From Candidatus Limnocylindrus sp. (GTDB lineage Bacteria; Chloroflexota; Limnocylindria; Limnocylindrales; Limnocylindraceae): 58,913 nucleotides of DNA. The position numbers and the translations under genes were made by a program. The DNA lies in NCBI GenBank assembly GCA_040397175.1, contig JBBAWM010000006.1:1-58913 (forward strand). The letters are read 5' to 3'. The notes under the pieces were generated by a model, which did not search any database, was not told the DNA's origin, and was given only the letters and a program-made list of their open reading frames with translations. This document shows, piece after piece, positions 9,097 through 17,962 of the stretch. Position 1 is the stretch's first letter; the number at the start of each line of letters is the position of its first letter.

Positions 9097-9332
9097 GCGA
9101 CGATTTGGATGTGCTGGTGCAAGCCGCAGTGGCGCGCATGCGGGTGCATTTTGCTGACGGCTATAGGCTGGCTGCCAAGGTGGCCTTGGCTGCTCTGGAG
9201 CCGACTGACGGCGTTTTCTACGCGCGGGATCAGGGTGAACACATGCAAATGAAACGCGCCCACGAGCGCGTGAAGCAGAAGCTCGAAGAAGCCGCAGAGG
9301 CGTGGAACATCGACATGGAAGAAAAACCATGA
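9093..9332 (+). CDS. Hypothetical protein
   Basis: GTG start with GGAGG RBS; coupled to the next gene. Confidence 0.6.
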   Translation: MSDDLDVLVQAAVARMRVHFADGYRLAAKVALAALEPTDGVFYARDQGEHMQMKRAHERVKQKLEEAAEAWNIDMEEKP

Positions 9333-9535
9333 TTACTCAACTCAACCCCCCGATCCCCGTTCGAACGCCGCACGGCAAAGGCATGGCGCACATAGTCATC
9401 GACTACAGTGTCGAGCACGATCTGCTCTGGGTGGTGTTCCAAGACGACGATGGGCAATGCTGGTCCTGGCGGAATCAGGATATTCGCGCGCAGAGCAATA
9501 TCACGATTGGCCGCACCGTGGAGGCTCCGCCATGA
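9329..9535 (+). CDS. Conserved phage hypothetical protein
   Basis: QLNPPIPV.TP.G.G.AH.VIDYS.EHDLLW pattern recognised from small phage proteins; ATGA overlaps. Confidence 0.7.
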   Translation: MITQLNPPIPVRTPHGKGMAHIVIDYSVEHDLLWVVFQDDDGQCWSWRNQDIRAQSNITIGRTVEAPP

Positions 9536-9885
9536 GTGCCGCCAGGGTGGCCTTGGCCGCCCTGATTCTCGCCGCTGGCGCTGCGCAAGCGTCGCCACGG
9601 TGCCCACCAACCGGGCTGGCGTCATGGTATGGCGCCAGCCACAATGGACGACTTACAGCGTCCGGGGAGCTTTTTAGAAGCTCCGCCTTGACGGCAGCAT
9701 CACGGTGTTTGCCGCTTGGCACCATGGTCGAGGTATCGCACCGCGATAGGTCCGTGATTGTCCGGATTAACGACCGGGGGCCATATATCTCATCAAGAAT
9801 TCTGGACCTATCGCACGAAGCCGCGAACCGCTTGCACATCACTGGCGTGGGTTTTGTGCGCATCAGGGTTTTGAGTCGCAATTAA
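9532..9885 (+). CDS. rlpA: RlpA-like double-psi beta-barrel lytic transglycosylase with signal peptide
   Basis: GLASWYG, TASGE, LTAA, VRINDRGP and RILDLS motifs; N-terminal signal peptide ending AQA. Confidence 0.85.
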   Translation: MSAARVALAALILAAGAAQASPRCPPTGLASWYGASHNGRLTASGELFRSSALTAASRCLPLGTMVEVSHRDRSVIVRINDRGPYISSRILDLSHEAANRLHITGVGFVRIRVLSRN

Positions 9886-9897
9886 GGGAAGGAACGC

Positions 9898-10176
9898 ATG
9901 AGCAGAACGAATTACAAGACTTACATCACCGTGGTGGACGTGTTCAACGATTTGGGGTTTGAGCCAATTCCCGACGATATATGGGCGGTGGGTGCTGCTG
10001 TCCGGGAGCTATACAAAAGCGCCATGGGGCAATCGCCCATGCTGGAATTGCGGAAAAAAACGAATGGACCGGGCAGTCACTGCTTCGCCGTTTACCCACC
10101 GCACTGGCGACTCAAAATTGAGGAAATCGTGCGATCTGTGGCGAAGCGCCGGGACAACCAACTCAAGCTATTTTGA
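9898..10176 (+). CDS. Hypothetical protein
   Basis: RBS GGGAAGGAA; ends in QLKLF, which resembles a beta-clamp-binding motif. Confidence 0.7.
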   Translation: MSRTNYKTYITVVDVFNDLGFEPIPDDIWAVGAAVRELYKSAMGQSPMLELRKKTNGPGSHCFAVYPPHWRLKIEEIVRSVAKRRDNQLKLF

Positions 10177-10177
10177 T

Positions 10178-10217
10178 AAAAAAATGCCCGCCCCGGCGTG
10201 ACAAGCCGAGGCGGGCA
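10178..10217 (-). terminator. Minus-strand intrinsic terminator
   Basis: Minus strand reads UGCCCGCCUCGGC-UUGUCAC-GCCGGGGCGGGCA-U7. It contains a U-G wobble that would be a C-A mismatch on the plus strand. Confidence 0.8.
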
Positions 10218-10260
10218 AGTTGATCACATGGGAAAGGAACATCACGCCAGGAGAGCGTCC
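10178..10260 (-). ncRNA. Candidate ~80-nt small RNA with anti-SD motifs
   Basis: Minus-strand terminator with no ORF upstream; contains CUCUCCUG and GUUCCUUUCCC; divergent from the cro-like promoter. Confidence 0.5.
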
Positions 10261-10306
10261 CACTGTATGTCATGGCGGCTCATGCGGTGCAAGCGTCAAA
10301 ACACTC

Positions 10307-10335
10307 TTGCCGCGCGTCAACGCGGCGTTTACAAT
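10307..10335 (+). promoter_or_regulatory. Sigma70 promoter with overlapping inverted repeat (operator candidate)
   Basis: TTGCCG-N17-TACAAT; GCCGCG-N6-CGCGGC inverted repeat over the -35 and spacer; ATG 6 nt after the -10. Confidence 0.7.
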
Positions 10336-10341
10336 CGAGGC

Positions 10342-10578
10342 ATGGAAAACTCTCACGATCTGGCCGCCCTCGCGCGGGATGTTATTGACGCAGCCGGTGG
10401 CACGGTGGGCGTTGCGCGACAGCTTGGGTATTCGCGCCAGCGGGTGCATTACTGGCGCCGCCGAGGGGTCCCGCCCAAAGCGCTATCCGCCCTGCATCAC
10501 ACGCTGGGAATTCACCCCAGCATTGTGCGTCCCGATCTGTTTATCGACGCCGTAAAGCCCGCCGACGAAGCCGCGTGA
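10342..10578 (+). CDS. Cro/YdaS-like HTH transcriptional regulator
   Basis: IDAAGG..GVARQLGYSRQRVHYW...VP and the C-terminal VRPDLF signature. Confidence 0.85.
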   Translation: MENSHDLAALARDVIDAAGGTVGVARQLGYSRQRVHYWRRRGVPPKALSALHHTLGIHPSIVRPDLFIDAVKPADEAA

Positions 10579-10937
10579 GCGATGACTGCATCACGCTGAT
10601 TCTGCCGCTCCCGCCCAGCATCAATAAAGCGTGGATGCCGGTTCGCACCCGCACGGGCGCGAGGTTGATCAAGCGTGCGCCGTCCAAAGCATGGGCGGAT
10701 GCGGCGCGCTGGGAGGTTTCTATCCAGCGCGCGCAACGGCAGATTGCCGTGCCGTTTGAGGCGATTATTGAACTGCCGAAAATGCGCGGCGATGTCGATA
10801 ACCGGATCAAGCAACTGCTCGATGCCTGCCAAGCCGGGGGTGCGATCACCAACGACAGGCTGTGTCAGCGGCTGGTGGTCGAGCGCGATGCCGACCGGGA
10901 AGGCAACGCCTACCTCACGTTGCGGCCCATCAAATAA
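10575..10937 (+). CDS. rusA: RusA-like Holliday junction resolvase
   Basis: LPLPPSIN and GDVDNRIKQLLD...ITND motifs. Confidence 0.85.
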   Translation: MSDDCITLILPLPPSINKAWMPVRTRTGARLIKRAPSKAWADAARWEVSIQRAQRQIAVPFEAIIELPKMRGDVDNRIKQLLDACQAGGAITNDRLCQRLVVERDADREGNAYLTLRPIK

Positions 10938-11029
10938 AATTGCCGATTGCCCTATTGCGCCCCTCGCGCCCTATGTTGTAAAAACATTTTTGCACCCTGC
11001 TTTGGGGTGGCTTTGGGAAAGGACAAAAG

Positions 11030-11806
11030 ATGGCAATTTCAATGGCGTCACTGCGCCGCAGCACGGAGGTGAAAGCGCCGCGCATCATGCTCCATGCGGT
11101 GCATGGCATCGGCAAAACCTCGCTTGGCGCGGGCATGCGCAAGCCGGTGATCATGCAGACCGAGGACGGTCTCGGCATGATCGACATGCCCACCTTCGGG
11201 CTGCTCAAGAGCTATTCGGAGGTGATGGAAACCATCGCTTCGCTCTACAGTGAGGACCATGATTTCGAGACCGTGGTGCTTGATAGTCTCGACTGGCTGG
11301 AGCCGATGGTGTGGGTTGAGACGTGCCGCCTGAACAATTGGAAAGACATCGAACAGCCCGGCTACGGCAAGGGCTACGCCGCCTCGCTCGACACATGGCG
11401 CGGCATTTTGGATGGACTGAACGCGCTCCGCGACGAGCGCAAAATGACGATCGCCATGATTGCTCATACGGAGCCAAAGCGCTTTGAAAGCCCGGAGGTG
11501 GAAGCTTACGACCGCTACGCGCCCAAGCTGCAAAAGGCCGCTAGCGCCCTAGTGCAGGAGCACGTCGATTGCGTCTGGTTCATGAACTACCGCGTCTCGG
11601 TGGTGAAGGACGACAAGAAAGACCCCAGCAGCCGGGCGCGCGGCGTGGGAGGTGGGCAGCGCGTGCTGTACACCACCGAACGCCCATCGCATCTGGCAAA
11701 AAACCGTTACCGGATGCCGGAAACCATCTCGTTGCCGGATGACCCGGAGCAGATGTGGCCGACCATCGCCCAGCACATTCCCTATTTTGCAATCAACAAG
11801 GAGTAA
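11030..11806 (+). CDS. AAA_24/Sak4-like phage ATPase (recombination)
   Basis: Walker A-like HGIGKT, Walker B VVLDSLD, GYGKGY and AKNRY motifs. Confidence 0.85.
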   Translation: MAISMASLRRSTEVKAPRIMLHAVHGIGKTSLGAGMRKPVIMQTEDGLGMIDMPTFGLLKSYSEVMETIASLYSEDHDFETVVLDSLDWLEPMVWVETCRLNNWKDIEQPGYGKGYAASLDTWRGILDGLNALRDERKMTIAMIAHTEPKRFESPEVEAYDRYAPKLQKAASALVQEHVDCVWFMNYRVSVVKDDKKDPSSRARGVGGGQRVLYTTERPSHLAKNRYRMPETISLPDDPEQMWPTIAQHIPYFAINKE

Positions 11807-11811
11807 GACCA

Positions 11812-12339
11812 ATGGCATTTCTCGGTGAAACCTTTGACGCCACCAGCGTTGAACCCGCACAGCCCCGCGACAATCTGCCGCCCGGCAATTACCCGGCGCA
11901 GGTGATCGAAAGCGTGATGAAGGAAACCGCCAAAGGCGGGACGATGCTTCAGATTACGCTGGAAATCCTCGACGGCCCATCCAAGGGACGTCGGGTGTGG
12001 GACAACTTGAACATCAAGAACCCCAACCCCACGGCGCAGGAAATCGCCCTGCGGACCCTTTCCGCCATCTGCTTGGCCGTTGGCAAGCAGCACATTTCGG
12101 ACAGCGAAGAAATCCACTTTATCCCGATGACCGTCACCGTGGCGGTGGAGATCGACAACCGGGACAAAGACCTTCCGCCGGAGGAGCAGCGGAGGCGGAA
12201 TGTGGTGAAGGGCTATGCCGCCGCCAACGGCTCTGCGCCGGTTGCCAAGGCACCGTCCAGCTTCACCTCCAGGCAGGCCCCTCCGCTTCCCAGGCCCGCA
12301 GCGCCTGCGGCTGGTGGTGTGCCGCCCTGGAAGAAGTAA
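11812..12339 (+). CDS. DUF669-like single-stranded DNA-binding protein
   Basis: LPPGNY, GRRVWDNLN, A.EIA...L..IC.AVG and Pro/Ala tail ending PPW; usual position after the AAA ATPase. Confidence 0.8.
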   Translation: MAFLGETFDATSVEPAQPRDNLPPGNYPAQVIESVMKETAKGGTMLQITLEILDGPSKGRRVWDNLNIKNPNPTAQEIALRTLSAICLAVGKQHISDSEEIHFIPMTVTVAVEIDNRDKDLPPEEQRRRNVVKGYAAANGSAPVAKAPSSFTSRQAPPLPRPAAPAAGGVPPWKK

Positions 12340-12347
12340 TCAAAACG

Positions 12348-12374
12348 CCGGGGCGGAAACGCCCCGGTTTTTTT
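12348..12374 (+). terminator. Intrinsic terminator
   Basis: CCGGGGCG-GAAA-CGCCCCGG followed by T7. Confidence 0.85.
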
Positions 12375-12395
12375 CTGGAACACACGGGAGCCAAC

Positions 12396-13343
12396 ATGGT
12401 CGCACTACCACCGGCAGAGGACAAAACCGTCTCTGCGATTTACGCCGCCTTTGCCGCCGAACAGGGTTCCGGCTATCGCAACCACCTGGGTGCCAGCGGC
12501 ATCGGTGCTGAATGCAGCCGCGCTATCTGGTATTCCTGGCGCTGGGCGACACGCTCCAACCATTCCGGGCGAATGCTGCGCCTGTTTGAAACCGGCCACC
12601 AAGCCGAAAGCCGCTTTATCCATGACCTGCGTCGGGTGGGTGTGACAGTGATGTCGCTGGACCCTGAGACGGGCCAGCAATTCAATCTGCGCGACGCATC
12701 CGGGCATTTCGGCGGCAGCATGGATAGCGTCGCCATTGGCTTCGCGGAGGCTCCCAAAACGTGGCACGTCTGCGAATTTAAGACGCACAGCGAGAAATCT
12801 TTCAATTCGCTCAAGAAGGATGGCGTGGAGAAATCCAAGCCGCAGCATTTTGCCCAGATGCAAGTCTATATGCACCTTGCCGGGATCGAGCGCGCCTTCT
12901 ACCTCGCCGTCAACAAAAACACAGACGAGCTATATCAAGAGCGCATTCGCTACGATGCGGAATGCGCCCTGCGCCTTGTCGCCAAGGCCGCGCGAATCAT
13001 CGCCAACGTTGAACCTCCAGCGCGCATCAGTAGCGACCCTGGACATTTTGAGTGCAAATTCTGCGATCACTCCGCCGTGTGCCATGGCGATGCCATGCCC
13101 GAGCGCCATTGCCGGTCATGCCTGCATTCCGCCCCCGCACCCGAGGGTGAATGGATGTGCGCGCGGCATGTGGAGATCATTCCGCCTGACGCGCAGCGCA
13201 CCGGATGCGTGGCGCACTTGTTCATCCCTGCCCTGGTGCATGGCGAGCAGGAAGACGCGGGCGAGGACTGGGTGATGTATGTCATGCTCAATGGCGAAAA
13301 GTGGATGGACAACGCCCAGGACGCGCTGGACTACAAGAAATGA
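12396..13343 (+). CDS. Cas4-like PD-(D/E)XK exonuclease
   Basis: HLGASGIGAECSR, G.MD, EFKT, QMQVYM and C-terminal CKFC...C / CRSC cysteine clusters. Confidence 0.85.
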   Translation: MVALPPAEDKTVSAIYAAFAAEQGSGYRNHLGASGIGAECSRAIWYSWRWATRSNHSGRMLRLFETGHQAESRFIHDLRRVGVTVMSLDPETGQQFNLRDASGHFGGSMDSVAIGFAEAPKTWHVCEFKTHSEKSFNSLKKDGVEKSKPQHFAQMQVYMHLAGIERAFYLAVNKNTDELYQERIRYDAECALRLVAKAARIIANVEPPARISSDPGHFECKFCDHSAVCHGDAMPERHCRSCLHSAPAPEGEWMCARHVEIIPPDAQRTGCVAHLFIPALVHGEQEDAGEDWVMYVMLNGEKWMDNAQDALDYKK

Positions 13344-14920
13344 CCATCAGCCTCCGCCCCTACCAGCGCGCCAGCATCGACGCGCTCTACAACTATTTCG
13401 GCACCAGCAGTGGCAATCCTTTGGTCGTGCTGCCGACCGGGACGGGCAAAAGCATCTGCCTTGCGGCTTTTATCCGCGAGGCGATTGAAGCGTATCCCGA
13501 AACGCGCATTCTAATGCTCACGCACGTCAAGGAATTGATCCAGCAGAACTTCATGGCGCTGCTTCGGCTATGGCCGGAAGCGCCTGCGGGGATTTACTCC
13601 GCCGGGCTTTCGCGCCGGGACATCAACGCGCAAATTTTGTTTGCGGGCATCCAGTCAATCCACAAGCACGCCTTCCGCGTGCAGAAATGCGATCTGGTTA
13701 TCATCGACGAAGCGCATCTTCTGGGCCGCGCCGATGGCAGCATGTATCGCGCCTTCCTCACGCAGCTTAACGAAATCAACGCCGGTCTGCTCAAGGTGAT
13801 CGGCTTCACCGCCACGCCATACCGGCTGGATTCCGGGCTGCTGCACGAAGGCAAAGACCGGGTTTTCACCGACATCGCCTACGAGGCGACGGTGCTGGAC
13901 ATGATCCAACAAGGCTATCTCTGCACAGTGGTGCCAAAGCAGACCGCCACGCAGTTGGACGTGAGCGGTGTCGGAAAGCGGGGTGGGGAATTCATCGCCA
14001 AAGACCTCGAAGCCGCCGTTGACCGGGACGAAATCACCACCTCTGCCGTCGAGGAAATCATCGAGCACGGCAAAGACCGTGGATCATGGCTGGTGTTCTG
14101 CTCCGGGGTGGATCACGCCCTGCACGTCCGTGACGCCATCCGCGCGCACGGCATTTCCGCTGAGACCGTGACAGGCGACACGCCTAGCGGGGAACGCGCC
14201 GCCATCCTGGCATCTTTCAAGGCCGGACGGCTGCGGTGCATTACCAACGCCAACGTGCTCACCACCGGCTTCGATGCGCCCGGAACCGATCTGGTCGTGC
14301 TGCTCCGCCCCACCGCCAGCGTGGGCCTCTACATTCAGATGGTAGGGCGGGGCACGCGGTTGGCGGAAGGGAAAGACGACTGCCTTGTGCTGGACTTCGC
14401 CGGAAACACTGGCCGCCATGGCCCCATCGACAAGGTGGATGGAAGCCGCAACGAGAAATCCGACGTGGCGGGCGAAGCGCCCACCAGGGTCTGCCCAGAG
14501 TGTCAGACCATCAATCACGCCGCCGCACGGTACTGCGTGTCCTGCAACTTTGAATTCCCGGCCCCGGTATCTAAAATTGCCGCCCTGGCCGCAACGGACG
14601 CGCTGCTATCCACGCAGATCAAGCCGGAATGGATACCGGTCAAAGATGTGACCTATGCGCTACACTCAAAGCCGGGCAAGCCATCGTCGATGCGCGTCAC
14701 CTACGTCTGCGGGCTGACGATCCACAGCGAGTGGATATGCTTCGACCACATTGGCTATCCCAGGCAAAAAGCCGAAAGCTGGTGGAAACGCCGCAGCGAA
14801 GCGCCGATCCCGGCGAACAGTAAAGCGGCTACCGACGCTGCCAGCACGCTGCGCCAACCGACCGAAATTCAAATCCGCCCCGTCGGAAAATATGTCGAGA
14901 TTGTCGGCTTTAAATTTTGA
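13340..14920 (+). CDS. SF2 DExH helicase (RadD/YejH-like) with Zn ribbon
   Basis: LRPYQ, PTGTGKS, DEAH, TATP, LTTGFD, QMVGRGTR and CPEC...CVSC motifs. Confidence 0.92.
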   Translation: MTISLRPYQRASIDALYNYFGTSSGNPLVVLPTGTGKSICLAAFIREAIEAYPETRILMLTHVKELIQQNFMALLRLWPEAPAGIYSAGLSRRDINAQILFAGIQSIHKHAFRVQKCDLVIIDEAHLLGRADGSMYRAFLTQLNEINAGLLKVIGFTATPYRLDSGLLHEGKDRVFTDIAYEATVLDMIQQGYLCTVVPKQTATQLDVSGVGKRGGEFIAKDLEAAVDRDEITTSAVEEIIEHGKDRGSWLVFCSGVDHALHVRDAIRAHGISAETVTGDTPSGERAAILASFKAGRLRCITNANVLTTGFDAPGTDLVVLLRPTASVGLYIQMVGRGTRLAEGKDDCLVLDFAGNTGRHGPIDKVDGSRNEKSDVAGEAPTRVCPECQTINHAAARYCVSCNFEFPAPVSKIAALAATDALLSTQIKPEWIPVKDVTYALHSKPGKPSSMRVTYVCGLTIHSEWICFDHIGYPRQKAESWWKRRSEAPIPANSKAATDAASTLRQPTEIQIRPVGKYVEIVGFKF

Positions 14921-14965
14921 CGGGCATGCGGCATTCTAGCCGACCAGCGAAAGGAATAGGAAAAA

Positions 14966-15181
14966 ATGATTGACGCAAACGAACACGAACTGGCCGCGAT
15001 GCTGAACGCATCAGACCGAGCCGGGGAATTCATTGAAACCGTGGGAGGCACTGACATGGCGGAATGGTCCCGCGAGCAGTGGAACCACTTTATCGAGGTA
15101 ATCTGCACCGGCTATGTCGATAAGCTGATCGACCTGCGGGCGGGCATAGACACCGCCATGGACAAGGTCAGCATCGGATGA
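14966..15181 (+). CDS. Small conserved protein between helicase and primase (DUF6511-like)
   Basis: RBS GAAAGGAATAGG; AGEFIE..G.TDMAEWS.EQW..FIE pattern. Confidence 0.65.
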   Translation: MIDANEHELAAMLNASDRAGEFIETVGGTDMAEWSREQWNHFIEVICTGYVDKLIDLRAGIDTAMDKVSIG

Positions 15182-17394
15182 ACCCCCCAATGTCACGCTT
15201 CAACGACTACCTCGCATCACGCAAAACCGCGCCGACCCTGGTCGATGCCGCCATCGCCATGGGTGTTCCGGTGTTTCCTTGCGACGATCAAAAACGCCCC
15301 CTTACCGCAAAGGGGTTTAAAGACGCCACGGCCAGCCCCGACGAACTCCGCCGCATGTTTTCCAATTGGCAGGCGGTGATGATTGGCATGCCTACGGGCG
15401 AAATCACCGGCATCGTAGTGGTCGATGTGGACGTAAAAGATGGCCGCACCGGAATGGAGTGGCTGAACGCCAACAGCCACCGCCTACCGCAAACCCGCAC
15501 CATCCGCACAGGAAGCGGTGGGTTGCACATCTACCTCCGATGGCCCGGTCAGCCCATCCGCAACTCGGCTGGCAAGATCGCGCCCGGCATCGACATCCGA
15601 GGCGACGGTGGATACGTCATCGTTCCGCCTTCGCCGGGCTACGCCGTGGCGGACAATTCAGACGTGGCCGAGGTGCCCGACTGGCTGATGCCCATCCTCG
15701 CCCCACCAGCCCCGCCAGAACGCCCCGCAGCGCCCGCCCAGGCACCCATGCCTTCTCGCCCCCATAACCCTGACGGTGGCACGCATTACGGTGTGGCGGC
15801 GCTGGACAGTGAGTGTGACGCCATCCGTCGCGCATGGGATGGGTCCAAACACCACACTCTGAACAAAGCCGCCTTTTCCATCGGCGGGCTGGTAGCAGCG
15901 GGGGAGTTGCAGGAGGGTTTCGCGTTCACGGAGCTTTCCGCCGCCCTGGCCGACATCCGCCATGCCTGCAAGGATTTCAGGCATGCGCAAAATACCCTGC
16001 GCACCGCATTTCAAGACGGGATGCGCCAGCCCCGCGACGTGCCAGAACGCCCCGCCATTATCCCCGACGACCAGCCCCACCCCGCCGCCGCATTTTTGGC
16101 CAAGGTGTTCGCCCGCAGCGCCGAAAAGCAAAAAGCCCCCCTGCCGGTGACCGCAGACTTGATGGACGTGCCTGGGGCGCTGAAAATGTTCGTGGAGCAT
16201 TGCGAAGCGACCGCCATCAGCCCGCAGCCTTTCCTCGCTCTCGCCGCCGGGATCACGCTGATCGGCACGCTCGCCGGGAGACGCTACCGCACCAGCACCG
16301 ACCTGCGCACCAACATCTACGCCATCGGCATTGCGGATTCCGGCGCCGGAAAGGACCACGCCAGACGCGTCATCAAGAAATGCCTGCACGCCGCCGACCT
16401 GTCGCAATACCTGGGCGGCTCCGACATCGCATCCGGTTCCGGCCTTCGCACCGCCCTGGCGCGGCATCCCGCGATGTTGTTCCAGATCGACGAATTCGGT
16501 GACTGGCTGACCGGCATCGTCAGCGACAAGGCGGGAAGCCATCGCAAACAAATCGCCGCCATGCTCAAGGAGCTTTACTCCAGCGCCAGCGGGCCATGGC
16601 AGGGCACAGAATATGCGGACCAGTCCAAGATGGGACGCCCACGCGAGGACATCCAAGACCCACACGCCTGCTTTTACGGGACCACCACGCCTGGGCAGTT
16701 TTGGAACGCCATTGCGGGTGCCAGCCTGCACGACGGGTTGATGGCGCGGATGCTGCTGTTCGTTTCGCCATGCAGCTACCCGGACGAACAGGAACCCGCC
16801 TTGGTCGATCCGCCCGCCGCGCTGATTGACGCGCTTCAGGCGATTGCGCGGGGCGCTGGGGCCGGGAATTTGGCCGACCTCATGATGGCGGATATGCCCG
16901 CCACCGTCACGACGGTGCCTGAGACGCCGGAAGCCAGCGACGCCCGGCGGGCCATGCGTCACGATCAGCTTCAGCAACAGCGCGAAGCCGAGGGAACGTA
17001 TGTCACCGCCATCGCGGGACGGTTGGCGGAGAACGCCATGAAGTTAGCGCTGATACGGGCGGTGGCGCGCGATCCGGGAAAGCCGGTCATCGACGTGGGC
17101 GATGTCGCCTGGGGCCGGGCGCTGGCTCAGCATTGCGTCGATACCCTGCTGCGCGATGCCGGTAGGCATGTGGGCGATACCGAATTTGAAAAGAAGATGA
17201 ACCTCGCCGCCGACATCATCCGCAAGCACGGGCCGATTGGCGCGAGCGAGATGATCGGAAAGGGGTTCCGGTTTTCGGCCAAAGAACGAAGCGAGATTAT
17301 CGAGACCCTGCTGACCGGCGGGATCATCTCCCCGGCACCCACGGCTCACAAGGGTGCCGGACGCCCCAGCGTCAAATATGTGATTGCGGGGTGA
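15178..17394 (+). CDS. Bifunctional primase-polymerase fused to a DUF3987-like helicase/ATPase domain
   Basis: Prim-Pol motifs VFPC, VVDVD, TGSGGLHIY and IDIRGDGGYVIVPPS; C-terminal SGAGKD and QIDEFG. Confidence 0.88.
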   Translation: MNPPMSRFNDYLASRKTAPTLVDAAIAMGVPVFPCDDQKRPLTAKGFKDATASPDELRRMFSNWQAVMIGMPTGEITGIVVVDVDVKDGRTGMEWLNANSHRLPQTRTIRTGSGGLHIYLRWPGQPIRNSAGKIAPGIDIRGDGGYVIVPPSPGYAVADNSDVAEVPDWLMPILAPPAPPERPAAPAQAPMPSRPHNPDGGTHYGVAALDSECDAIRRAWDGSKHHTLNKAAFSIGGLVAAGELQEGFAFTELSAALADIRHACKDFRHAQNTLRTAFQDGMRQPRDVPERPAIIPDDQPHPAAAFLAKVFARSAEKQKAPLPVTADLMDVPGALKMFVEHCEATAISPQPFLALAAGITLIGTLAGRRYRTSTDLRTNIYAIGIADSGAGKDHARRVIKKCLHAADLSQYLGGSDIASGSGLRTALARHPAMLFQIDEFGDWLTGIVSDKAGSHRKQIAAMLKELYSSASGPWQGTEYADQSKMGRPREDIQDPHACFYGTTTPGQFWNAIAGASLHDGLMARMLLFVSPCSYPDEQEPALVDPPAALIDALQAIARGAGAGNLADLMMADMPATVTTVPETPEASDARRAMRHDQLQQQREAEGTYVTAIAGRLAENAMKLALIRAVARDPGKPVIDVGDVAWGRALAQHCVDTLLRDAGRHVGDTEFEKKMNLAADIIRKHGPIGASEMIGKGFRFSAKERSEIIETLLTGGIISPAPTAHKGAGRPSVKYVIAG

Positions 17395-17720
17395 TAACCC
17401 CCCCCCCCCCCCCCCACCCTGACAATAATTAATTAATGGGGTGAGGGGTCATACCCCCCCCCCTGACAAGAATTCAAGAATTCAAAAATCCGAATTAATT
17501 ATTATCTGAATTCTTGTCACCCAGGGGGTATCAGGTATCGGGAACCCCTCACGCGGGTGGGGTAGTACCCCCCCCCCTCTCTTATTATAATAATAATTAA
17601 TTATAGTAATTAAAAATATTAAAACCTACCAAGGACTTAGCGCCCGTTTTTTGACGGGCAATTATTGACGGTCAAAAACAAGAATTCCACAATTTGGGTT
17701 GGGTGGGGTTTGGGTTTGCT
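17395..17720. other. Putative replication origin
   Basis: Non-coding and directly after the primase-helicase; AT-rich core, long C-runs, direct and inverted (TGA)CAAGAATTC repeats, repeated AATTAATTA. Confidence 0.7.
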
Positions 17721-17894
17721 GGGGATAGACCCTGGACCCTGGGATGCCTCTGTAGACCCACCAGAAGGCCGTAGAAGGCGGTATGGAGGCTGAAAGGTAG
17801 GGGTCATGCGGAGGACGCCTTAAAGCCGTTGGCGGGGCTTGGGTGGTGCCGTGGTGATGGTCAAAATTATTTTGTCGAATTGGCGTTTTGGGGC

Positions 17895-17942
17895 TTGAGG
17901 TGATTTTCGATGGTCGTTAAAAGGAGTGCAGGCAACGACGCC
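17895..17942 (+). promoter_or_regulatory. Early promoter and leader hairpin
   Basis: TTGAGG-N17-TAAAAG followed by CAGGCAACGACGCC, the same 14-mer found at 7822. Confidence 0.65.
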
Positions 17943-17962
17943 ACCGAACGGAGATAACTCAG

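Noticed and set aside
10198-10341. N-terminal extension of the cro-like ORF given in the ORF track
   Set aside because: It runs through the terminator and promoter elements; the HTH domain begins at ATG 10342.
12396-13343. Cas4-like gene as evidence of a CRISPR-Cas system
   Set aside because: It lies in the usual ATPase-SSB-exonuclease-helicase recombination module, with no cas1, cas2 or array.
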